64,000 bases of DNA, taken from Paraspadella gotoi. Taxonomy: Eukaryota > Animalia > Chaetognatha. Positions 27,086 to 38,000 of the stretch are shown piece after piece. The notes under the pieces were generated by a model. That model was given only the letters and a program-made list of their open reading frames with translations, searched no databases and was not told where the DNA came from. A program made the translations under genes and the position numbers. The first letter of the stretch is position 1; every line of letters starts with the position of its first letter. The DNA lies in the NCBI GenBank assembly GCA_051294375.1, contig JBJCIZ010000744.1:1106262-1170261 (forward strand). The letters run 5' to 3'.

Positions 27086-29218
27086 GATATTATTTTGGTG
27101 AACCAAATCTGTCCAATTATTAAAGCGCCGTTTTTTCTTCATATTTTTCAAATCAAAATTTGTTTTCCTTTTTTTAAATACTTCAGCTTCACTGGTCAAT
27201 TAGGAAATTCAAAGGAAAAAAAATCCACTCCTGATTCCGCCGTAATTAAAAAAAAATAATAATATTTAAAGGACGATTTATCTGCGCACAAAAAAAAATT
27301 AAATAAAAAAAAACTTGAGAAAAGATCCAACTCGGATTTTCGTCGTTTATCGAATTTCGTCGCTAAAAAAACAAAAAAACAAACATTGTCTACGTCTTCG
27401 CGTCACCAATTTCCCGCGCATCGCAAAACAACAACAAAAACACTTACAACAAGAAAAATCCAATACAAGAAAAAGGAAATGGGGAACGAGTTGGCGATCC
27501 CGGCCGGCGGAGCCTTCGGCCCGGAAGAGATCAAGAGGCTGAAGAAAAGATTCAAGAAATTGGACGCGGATGGAAGCGGAACTTTGAGCGTGGATGAGAT
27601 TATGGCATTGCCCAATGTGAGAGGGATATGGGGGGGGAAGAGGGTTTAAAGGGGGGGCTGAAAAGGAGGATTAAGGAGTAAATCGATTTTGGATAAGGCG
27701 CGAAGTGGGCTGAATTTCTTTTAACCCCTCTTGCACCCTAATGGTCATGAGGTAATCCCGGTACTTAATGGTCATGAGCTGATGGTATTACTCACCGGGT
27801 TACAACTGAAGATGTCATGCTTATAGGCGGGGTGAAGGGGACGAGGGGAAGTTGAACAGGAGGAAAGGGAAAAAAATAAAAAGAGGAAGAGAGAAAGACT
27901 TTTTTTTAAGAGAGATTGTATTTATGACACGCACTGCATCGCAATTCCGTCTTTTATTCCTTAGTTTTTCGAAATTCCTGAATGCGGCGCTAGCAGTCCC
28001 TTAGATTTGAGGTTTTTTTGTCTTAACAAATGAGCAACCAACTATTGGCAAATTATATGCAATTTCAACGTAAGTGGGACAGACATACTGACGGACCGAC
28101 CGAAAAGTGACTTATACTCGCGGCGCAACTAATTATGGGACAAAGATAAAAAGATTATAGGGATGGAAATGGGGGGAAAAAAAGAGGTCCGCAATCAGTA
28201 GATGAGAATAGAAAGAGAGCAAAGAAAAAAAAATAGAGAAGAGAAGGAAAGGAAGTAAAATAAAAACTGAAGCGGTTTGAAGAAGAAGCCGAGGACAAGA
28301 AGAAGGCGAGAGCAAGAATGAAGATCGATTCATTGAGGTTAAACTGATTTATGCCAACGGGGAGACGTGGTTGATGCCCGGCGTGTGAGACAGCTGCCGC
28401 TCAGAGCTTTGGACCTGCATTGACCACCCTATGTCACTGGCGTGTTTATACCGGCACTAACACAACTAAACAGCGTGACCGTGAGGGGATTTAACCCAGA
28501 ACTCACCCAACAAAACAAACTGATCTAATTTAATCTAAACAGATCTAATCTTCACCCAAAAACAAAATAAAAACTAATCTAACCTAAACTAATCTAATCT
28601 TAACCCATCAAAAAACCAAACTAAACTAATCTAATCTAAACTGATCTAATCTTCACCCAAAAACAAAATAGAAACTAATCTAATCTTCACCAATCAAAAA
28701 AACAAACTGATCTAAACGAATCTAATCTAAACTGATCTAATCTTTATCCAACAACAACGACCAAACAGATTGCGGAGAATCCTTTGGTTCGTCGCGTGGT
28801 CGACGTCTTCGACACAAACGGTGACGGAGAGTTGGACTTCAAGGAATTCATCAATGGTTTGGCATCTATTGCAAACAGGGCGGACAAGAACTCAAAGCTG
28901 CAATTCGCCTTCAAGTATGAGAGAAAGAGAGAGATTAAAAAGAAATTGAAAAAAAAAAGAGGGATGAGAGAGAGAGACCCTCAACTTCTCCATCAAACAT
29001 CCCCCAAAATCTTCACTCCAGCATCTACGACATCGACAAAGACGGGTTCATCACCAACGGCGAACTCTTCCGCGTCCTAAAGGCGATGGTGGGCAACAAC
29101 CTCAAGGACACGCAATTGCAACAGGTCGTCGACAAGACCATCATGATCCACGACAAGGTGAGTCGAGAAAAATTTATTCTGCGCGTCAATCCATTGGCCA
29201 ACGCCTCGTAAAACGTTC

Positions 29219-29259
<41 letters not shown>

Positions 29260-31326
29260 GTCTCTCTCTCATATGCCCTGAAGAAGCTTAAAAGCCGCAA
29301 TACATTAATATTGTCCGTTTTCTCTCCCTCTCTCTCCCCTCCCCCTCAGGACGGCGACGGTCGGATCGGATTCGAGGATTTCTGCGCCCTCATCGCCAAA
29401 ATGGACTTTGCCGAAAAGATTCACATCGAGGGAGTGTGAAAATGTGTGAGAGCGTGCGATTAGCTACAATTCCGTCTTTTTTCTTTCACGATCGCGTCGT
29501 CCATATTTGAGTTCCACTTCGGATTCGTCGTTAGCATCTCATCTTTAAGACTCTCCTAATTTTATTATGCTTTCTCAAATTAAAAAAAAAACAACAACTT
29601 CTTTTTGTTATCATTTATATGAAATGTCTTGTTAAATTATATGGTTTTCGTTTACATTTTTGAGTTAATCGATAAAGATTACATTTTATCACCTCATTCG
29701 CAATACTGTATTGTAGAAGAGAAGGCCGCGGCTCCTTCTAGATTTACGGGTCCCATCTATCTTGCTGACAAGTCTCGGAAGAACTTTATTCTATCATCTA
29801 TAAAAGGAATGATAGTATCCCAGTCCCCCCACACACAATCTCAAGGCACACGCATGTAGGTTGGGGCTCAGAATATCACAAAATTATCCATGAATTAATT
29901 AAACTAATAAACGGTATAGAAAGGCAAAATAAACCCGAAAAATAGGCCTACTATTTAAATACAACATAAACCATTGGGACTTGAAAAATGTTACGACTAT
30001 ATGCAAATGAGATTGATGAATTCAATCTCATTTTGAAATATTCTAAGAATTTTTTAAGAATCAATCTCTTGCACGTATTTACACACACAGTCCACCCCAC
30101 ACACACAGACCTGCTTGTTCATCGTCTCCGACTCCAACTTTTCGATTTTCCTCATGAGTTTGTTGACCTGAAACTCTTGCTCTCTCTCAAGCGTCTCTTC
30201 CAGATGGGCCTTCTCTTGTCGAAGCTAAAAAAAAAGACAAGGTTTTAGTTAAAATTATTAATAATAATTAAAATAAAATAAACTTAAGTTTTAATAATAT
30301 TTATTTATTTAATCTAGACTACGGACTAGGGGAAAAAGACTACCGAGTAGAATTGTTCGTTCTGACATTATTAATTATTCATGTATTAATCCCCGAGTTA
30401 ATATGGGAGTTCTCAATCTCTGAGACCTGCGTGAGCTTCCTGGAGAGGTCGTTGGTGAGGTACTCCTCTTCCTGCTCGTAATTCATCGCCAGCGTCTCTT
30501 TCTCTTTCTTCAATTTGTCGATCTTCTTGAGAAGAGTGTTGCTGATGAACTCCTCTTCCTGCTCCGCTTTGGCTTGCTGCGGAAAGAAAAGGGGGACAAG
30601 GAATGATGGACAGACGGATCGACTACGGACAACAACAACAACGAAGACTCACGATAGAGACTGACGCTTTCCTCAGCTCCCTATTGTCCTCCTGCAACTG
30701 CTTGCACTTGAGCTTGTATGTGTCCACTTCCATCCTAAGAACTCTGGTCTCCTGCTGCAGCGACTCGATCCGTTTCAGCTGCTGCTGCTGCTGATCGTCG
30801 CTGCCGCCGCCGGGTTTTCCGCTTCCGCCGTCGACCAGCATGGAACTTCCGACGCTGCTTCGACTCTCGCAGTCGCGCCCGGCGCCGCCTTGCGAGTTGT
30901 GGAGGATAATTTATAATATCAGTTTATCAGTTTTATTTAATTTTTATTATACTAGACGAAAACATAAATATTCAATGAGGTAGAGAATAACTGGTCTTAT
31001 ACCCTAATAAAGAACGAGAAATTAATATTAGAGAGCCTTACGAATAAAGAATTACCGCTTATTCGAGGTAAATCACTAAATCTTTTCTAAATCACTACTA
31101 TATGCAAATGAGATTAAAGCGCTTTCATCTCGTTTGATCTTGATCTTTATACTCATCGTCCAGTTTTAGTTAGTTTCATCAGAATGATCATCTCAATACT
31201 CCAATTAATAGCGGTCCACTCTCCAGTCCCCCAATATAAACACTACTCACCCTGAAAGGCGAGGTTTCCATCGACGGAGCTTGTGTCCGATTCCAGATCG
31301 AGTTCGGACGCGCTGTCCGCCGCCAT
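18840..31326 (-). CDS. CCDC6: Coiled-coil domain-containing protein 6
   Basis: [15 protein letters not shown] start; exons [93 protein letters not shown]|[30 protein letters not shown]; Ser/Pro-rich tail with TAG at 18840-18842. The middle exons are less certain. Confidence 0.9.
19508..19747 (-). mobile_element. Solo LTR-like copy, family B, with twister fold at 19577-19655
   Basis: Flanked by AAGA duplication. P5 CGGG/CCCG; G[C]GT-GA-GGA..TAA-ACC-GC; P4 CCTGG/CCTGG (one mismatch); L4 TTCC-AA-GC. Confidence 0.7.
21871..22005 (-). mobile_element. Family B copy with the ribozyme block deleted and the tRNA-Met-like head retained
   Basis: Similar termini to family B. Minus strand GTGGCTCATTGAGTAAAGC..TAG-CTCATGA-CTA..AGGTAC-TGG-GATCGAT-CCCA (CAT anticodon, initiator-type T loop). 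Confidence 0.7.
23414..23472 (+). ncRNA. Degenerate twister-like motif (family D), the most complete family D copy in the window
   Basis: TATCTTGT..GA-CGGA-GGCCT-AAA-CCC-AT-CATCG-CCTG-TCCA-AA-GT-TAGG-G-GCAAGAT. Confidence 0.55.
23992..26766 (+). mobile_element. Helentron-associated (HINE/DINE-1-like) non-autonomous element
   Basis: Perfect 11-bp sub-terminal inverted repeats GTCGGATCTGC (23998-24008) and GCAGATCCGAC (26733-26743), a 5' palindrome, a (GTCC)n tract at ~24146-24190, internal tandem repeats, a short 3' hairpin and T-rich flanks. Confidence 0.6.
27479..29439 (+). CDS. PPP3R1: Calcineurin B regulatory subunit, divergent copy nested in a CCDC6 intron
   Basis: Four exons: [39 protein letters not shown]|[31 protein letters not shown]|[43 protein letters not shown]|[16 protein letters not shown]. 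Four EF-hands and Gly2 are present. Confidence 0.9.
27689..27833 (-). mobile_element. Truncated family B copy without the ribozyme block
   Basis: Shares GGATAAGGCG, CCCGGTACTTAATGGTCATGAGCTGA and ATAGGCGGGG blocks with the copies at 16503 and 19508. Confidence 0.6.
28350..28506 (-). mobile_element. 5'-truncated, degenerate family A copy
   Basis: Minus strand GGGTTAAATCCCCTCACGG..GCCGGTATAAACACGCCAGTGAC..GCAGGTCCAAAGCTCTG..CCCCGTTGGCATA. Confidence 0.75.
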
Positions 31327-32090
31327 CGCGTCCGTACGGAGGGGAAATTGTCTCTCTTCCTTTTCTAGGACCGAAGTTGTCTGTCTCTAAATAGCATCTC
31401 CGACCAAAAAAAAAAAACCGGACGAACGGATTTCTACGGATTCCTTTGGTTCTGGTTAATAAATACAATATTGAATGTAATTGATAATATTTTAAGTTTA
31501 ATACCACAGTATTCAGTTTGATTTAAACATTTGGTATCGAATTTGTCATAACTTGTCACAAATAAATATTTCGCTCATTCTCGATTAAAACTATATAAAC
31601 GCGCCAAGTTAAACGCCCTGGAGCAGAAATGATAGCAAGTCTCAGCGGTCACTTTCTCAAAAAAATGTGGAAGAGTTTTCCTTTCACTGTAAAAAAAATG
31701 CCCAGTACAAAATAAGACAGTGTTGTACTTTTGATTTAAGCGAGGCACTTAATAAATTAGCGAGAGTGCGCAAGTCAAGTTTTTTTTCTTTCTGGAATGC
31801 GTCTAGTAGAAAATATAATTTTGTGCACATAGCCTAAGTTCTTTTGTTTGTTTTTTTTTTTTTTGGTACGTAAATTACCAAAAAGTAAAAAATTGACCGA
31901 ATTGATAATACGAGGTGCGAAAGAATAAATTTTATTGGACGGAATTTTTAGTCGTGAGAAAAGTTTGTGCGTGAGAGAAGATTGTGTGTGTCTTTGGTGA
32001 AAGCGCGTCGTAAATTCTTGCGACCAAAAGAGGAGAGAATCGATCCAGACCCGAAACGGCACACGAACGGCTCCAAAAACCCCCCTTTTT

Positions 32091-35000
32091 CTACCCTCCG
32101 ATCGGCGCGTGACAGAGCGGACAGTTCTTGTGCGTGGCTATCTCCTTGTCGTACGCCTTGTGCTTACAGGTGGAGCAGAGCCAGAACTCGTACGCTTGAA
32201 TGAGCGGACGTCCGCTGACTACGCAGGGCGGTACGAACTTGGCGTCGCAGTGCGGACAAACCGAGGACCAATCGGGTATGAGAGCCTCGCAGGAAGAACA
32301 ATCGACGCGATTGACTCTGGCATCTTTGGGACTGTGTTTGGTGAAGATCTCCAGCGCCAGTTCCTCGTACTGGCGCCGCTGAGCGGTGCTGAGCCCTTCG
32401 CAAGACTCGAGCCGGACGAAGGCTTTGGAGGCGGTGCCGAAGGAACGATTAGCGCAGGAGGCGAGAGCGACGAGCGAGTGGATCTTCACGGGATCGATGG
32501 AGTCTTCGTAGTCGCGAAGAACCAGCGCCGTCTTCATCGCCGCGTCCACGTAACCCGCGTGTAATTGACGCTGCGCGGTGAGGAAGAGATGATAGGCTTC
32601 GGCGCGGTGCCAAGCTCGATCCAAGATCCTCGTCTCCGTCAAAGTCGCGTCTTCCTCCAGCAGACCCTCCAGCGCGGCGGATTGGACGAAGCCGGGTTTG
32701 CGTTTGTCGCCGGCGCCGGAGGCGTCGTCGGCGACGCCGCGTTTGTGGCGGACCACGTGGGCGTGGTGCTTCTCGACGAGGAGGGCGGAGAGGACGTAGA
32801 GCTGTTTGAGGCGGAGAGGGCTGGAGGAGCCGCGCTCAACTTCGTCGTCCGCGACCTTGGGAAAACAAGTTTGGGTAGTTAAATAATTACCCGTTATATT
32901 TATTTACACCGTTTTATTTAGTACGTAAATTGTAAAATTTACGGAAATAAACGATAACTTTCAATTTTTTAAGTTATTTTACAAGCATACACCTTCTACA
33001 TTCGGTTACGATTTGAAGTTAGAATTATTAATAATTAATTATTATGATTAATAGTAACATCGTTACCAGTTATTTATTTTTTTCTAGATTCTCACTAGTA
33101 TTTTAAATTTTATAAATTACCCCCCCCCTTAGTCCCACGCTCCTCTCCAAAACCTTAAACATCAACTGGGCGGCCTTGAGATAATTGGACGCCTTGCAAT
33201 AAAGTTCGATGGCGGAGAGGGTCTTATTCTTCTCCAGCAAATGAGCGGCGTATCTCCCCAACAGCTGATCGATCTCCTTGACGTCGTGGCGTTTGGCCAG
33301 ATCGATGGCCTGGCGCCATTGATTCAGTTGGACGCAGACGTCGATGGCGTCCTTGACGCGGTCGCATTTCGCGAAGGCCGTCACAGCCTGGGGGGGGTTT
33401 CAGCAAAGGCATTGGCGGTTTAACAGTTTGATAATAGTTTGCTATGAAATTGGTATAACCAATATAAAATTAATTCAATAAATTAGCTATCTTGTCATGG
33501 GCTTTGGTGGTTTAAGGCCTCATCACACTTACAAGATAATAACATAGCAAGCTTTCAATCAATACTTCTTCACAGTCTCGTTTATTCCTGGTTTCCCTCT
33601 CAATGAAGAAATAAAATATTTCAAAGAATGTTTCAACTGTATAAAAGGACCACTCTCTTAACTTAAGAAGGGAATACAATGTTGTACTCTCGATAAGTTC
33701 ATTTGTTTACAAACAACGGGTTTTTTATTAAAAAAAAAGGACAAGTTTTGACTAATTTTCCGTCACACTTACAAGATAATAACATAGCAGGACCCTGCAA
33801 GCTTTCAATCAAGACTTTCTCACAGTCTTGTTTATTCATTGTACTTAAAACCCACTCACACCTGTTCGCACATCCCGACAGTCGAGAACATGGAGGCGAT
33901 CTCCGGCAGCAGCCTATGATTCTCGGGCAACGAGAAGACCATCTTGTCCAGCCCCTCGTAATCCTCCAACATGTAGTAACACTCGGCGATCCTCTCCTGG
34001 TTTCGCCCCTGATGATAATAAGTCACGGCCGACTGCCACTTTTGCCGATCCGCGTAGTAATCGCCGATGGCGTTCCACGCCTCCTCCAGCTGCGCGTCGT
34101 CTCCGCCCGCTCCTGCGCCGGATTTCAGCAGCTGCACCACGCGGAACCAGTCGCCGAGTTTGCGGCGAAGGGCGACGGCGAGATCGCGTCGATCCATCTC
34201 TAGATAAAGACGTTCGGCCTCGTCGAAGCGTTTGAAGTGCGCCGCCACTTCCGCCCGACGCATCTCTTCTTTCTGGAGGTTGGCCAACTTCTTGACGAAC
34301 TGAAGGCCTTGATAATCCTTGCAGCGGACGAAGGCTTGATCCGCCATCTTCAGCTCGAGCTTCTCCAACGAGGCTTCGGCCAAGAGACGCCAGAGACGAG
34401 GATGTGGATTGTCCTCGACGAACTGCGCCGCCTCCTGGACGCCCACCTTCTCCAGCAGGTCGCGAGTGTCGCGGAGAGACTTGACCTCCAACTCCAGCAC
34501 CGAGGCCTCTTTGCTGGGGTGCTCCGGATCTTTCATGATCTCGTCCAGCAGCACGGCCTTGACTTGAAGATCCTCGAAGTGGCAGATCCATCCGCTGCTG
34601 AGGATTGGCTCCTCTGGATCCAAGTTGCGGAAGACGTACATCCGGGTCTTTTCCATCATGGCGAACATCTCCGGATTATCCTCGGCCCACTTCATATCCC
34701 ACACGTCCTTTCGCTCGAACTTGAGTTGCTCTCCGTGGACCTTGGATAAGGGGGGGGGAGTGTAGGTTGTAGTTTAGCATTTCTCGGAATCCATGAAGTA
34801 ATTAATTCACAAAACATTTACTTATACCACTTATAGACGTGAACTTTTCATGACGTTCTGGTTTAGTCACGGTGTATCAAAAATATATGTATTATGTAAG
34901 TAATTTAAGTATTTAATATATATGTAATATATGTATATTTACGTATTTAAGCTTTTAATACATGTAAGTAATTAAAATATTTATTTTTAGGACTATCCAA

Positions 35001-38000
35001 AAGTAAGAGAATATGGCAACGGGAGGATAGCCTGTGATACCCGGGGCGCGGGGTATCTCACCAACTGGCGTAGGGGCTGCGGACCCTCAGTGACCGCCTC
35101 CTGTCACTGGCATGTTTATACCGGCACCGTCACATTTAAGCCAGAACCGGGATACCCAGGGATTGAACCCGGGACGCACGGATGGAATGAGATGATTTAG
35201 CCTGCTCAGCCATTGAGACGAGGCTGAGGACGGACAGCAGTGAGGCAGCTTTAAGTCTTGCTGCCACAAGAAACTCATTATTTTTTCTCTCGATTCAATG
35301 TTTGAAATAAATTCAACACTCCTGCCACCGCCACCGCCACACGCACTCTCTCTCTCTCTCTTCCTCTCTTCTCACCTCCTGCCCGCTTATATCCACCACG
35401 TGCGTGTCCAGATCGAAAAAGGTCAGAATCCCCAAATGATCGATGATCGCCAATCGAGTCGAGACGCAATTAAGACTCATCGTCTGCGGCCGAGAATTCA
35501 AAGCGTACTTCCGCTGCAGCGTTAGATGCGGGACGGTGTAACGGTGCAGAGCGCCGCTCTCCCGCGCCACAAGCAGCAGCCTGTCGCTGGCGGCGACGCT
35601 GCAGATAGGATCGTCGGTCTCCTCCGCCGCTTTGACGTAATCCAGCTCCGACTCGGGAACTCCGGACGGGATGTCGTCCACGTGATGAAGTCTCTCCGTC
35701 CCTTGACGCTTCTTTCCGCCGACGTCGCCGATCCCGTGACCCACGCGGGTCTCGCCAAGCAGACCAGCGGCTCCGCCGCGACTGCTGCCGCCTTTGGACG
35801 CTTCGGCCGCGGCGAGCGATCGATACTGCCAGGCGTAGAAAGCCTGGCGCGAAGCGACGAAGACGTGAGATCGCGTCATCGCCAGAAACACGGGCTCGAT
35901 ATCGATGTATTTATTATCGAGCGGGGTTCCGATCGCGTTGCAGAGAACGAGGACGTAAGCGCCGGGAGCTGCAGCGCCCGACGCCGCGGAGCCGTTGCCT
36001 GGCGCTGGCGCTGCTCTGGTGGCCAGAACGCAGTGATCTCCGCATGCGGCCACGCCCATGAGATTCCTGACGAACTTGATGTATTTCTCGTTATTCTTCG
36101 TGTCCCAAAAGACGACGCAATGCTCTTGTCGAGCCGGCTTGGTGTAGGAGTAGACGACCGTGTTGGCCAAGTAGCCCCACTTGTAGTCTGGACGGATGTT
36201 GGCAAAGTAGATGAAGGAGTCGACGGCCAGAGCGATGCGGAGGGAACCCCCTTCCCAGGAGCATGAGGTCACCTGGTTATAGGATATATATTTCTTTTAT
36301 TTACAGTATATATAGTTTTTAATTCAATTAATAAATAAGCTATCATGCCCAAGACATTGGACAATGGACACTGTCCATTGACAGGCTAAGGTAGGTTAAA
36401 GCCTCTCACTAGGTAATACTACATATAGCAGGACTCTGCAAGATTTCAATCAAAACTCGCTCACAGTCAAAGAGTTAAGGGAATTAATAGCCTGGTACTG
36501 TGGAAGTGAATAAACGAGACTGTGAGAGAGTCTTTGTTGAAAGCTTGCAGGAACCTGCGACGTCTAAAGCCTGTCCAAAGTCAGGGGCAAGATAGCTGAT
36601 TTAGAATAAATGGATAATTTTATATTGGTTGTATCAATTTCATATTATATAAGTAAGTATATTTTTAAACACATCCACGATCTAACCTGTTTTCCCGGGA
36701 CCTTCAACGTCCTCAGATGTTCTCCCATCGCAGAATAGAACTGCACCACGTTGATGTCTTTGTCCGCGGCGCCGGGCAAGGCACCCGCGGGCGCCCGCTG
36801 CGAGCCGGCAATGGCCAGGACGCTGCCTAATGGAAGGAAGGATTGGTTGGAAAAAGGGATAAGGTGATTGGGGAAGCAAGATTTTTAAAAAGTTTATTAT
36901 GGACACTGTCCACAATGACCAAAGTAAAATGCTCCAAGCAAAAATATCTACCTAATAAAATCTAACATGGGTTGGGGTCCAGTATCTCTTTCTCTTTATG
37001 AGTAAAGACAAAGGAAAAGTCCAAAAAATGGTCAAAAAAAGTATATTCTCTGAGAGGGAGCTCTCGAGCTGAAGTAGAACCCAAGACAGAACTAAAATCT
37101 CTCTCTTTGCTCCTTCTTCTGTCGTCACTCGATGAGGAGGGAGGGAAAGGGAGGAGGAAGAGGGAAGAGAAATGGGGGGAATCCGATGGAATCTACTCAT
37201 CCCCTCTATCCGGAAACTCAATTCAGTTTGCCCTAACACTCGGTCAAAACACACGCACTCTCTCTCTCCCTCACTCCTTCCCTCCCTCACCCGTATGATT
37301 CCACTGTATCTGGGCCACGCCCATCCCGGTGTCCAAGAGCACGGGATCGTCGTCGGCCTCGTCCCTCATAATCTGACATCGCCCGTTGTCGAAACAGATG
37401 GCGAGACACGGACAACGCGGGGCCGCGTATCCCTCCGACCCGTCGTACCACTCGATGCCCGCCAGGTGGACGGCGGAGGTGACGTCCGTCAGGCAGACCA
37501 CGCCCAGTTTGGCGACGAAGTTTCCTTGGTTGTCGAAAATCTGGACGTCGCCGTTGGTCATGCCGAAGAGGAGGGAGCGACTATCGGGAGACCATTCCAC
37601 TTTGGAGAGTTGGAGGCCTGGGGAGGAGGAGGAGGAGGAGGGAAGGGAAAATGGAAGGAGGATCCAAGTGATCACATCGCGTGAAGGAGCGATCACACAA
37701 TTATTAGATTTATGGTGGACTAAAATCCACCAACCGTTCATCAGAGGCCATTGGTGCCGGAGGCAAGTCATTCGGCTCCCAACCCAAGGGTCCGGGGTTC
37801 TAGCCAAGAGGTCGCCTAGCAGTTAAGAGGGACGGGGCGCTTAACCCGCCTGTAACACGGTGTTACAGCCTGATCCGAAGCTCAGGGACTGCTTATATTG
37901 AACGGTTCTGTCACTAACACATAATAATAATCACTGTCTCTTCAGATTGTTTTCAAGTATTCAAAATATATTTAGTATTTCTTATCTCTGTCTCTGTTTT

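Noticed and set aside
29700-29775. Minus-strand GA-TGGG..TAA followed by a hairpin, resembling a twister 5' half
   Set aside because: No convincing P4/L4 or T1 partner follows, so it is too degenerate to call.
33541-33700. Open frame upstream of family D (..[16 protein letters not shown]) as a possible GIY-YIG/Penelope remnant
   Set aside because: It is too short and lacks diagnostic motifs. A profile search on the family consensus would be needed.
32109-36266. Long plus-strand ORFs opposite WDR35
   Set aside because: They are antisense shadows of GC-rich coding exons with no recognisable protein features.
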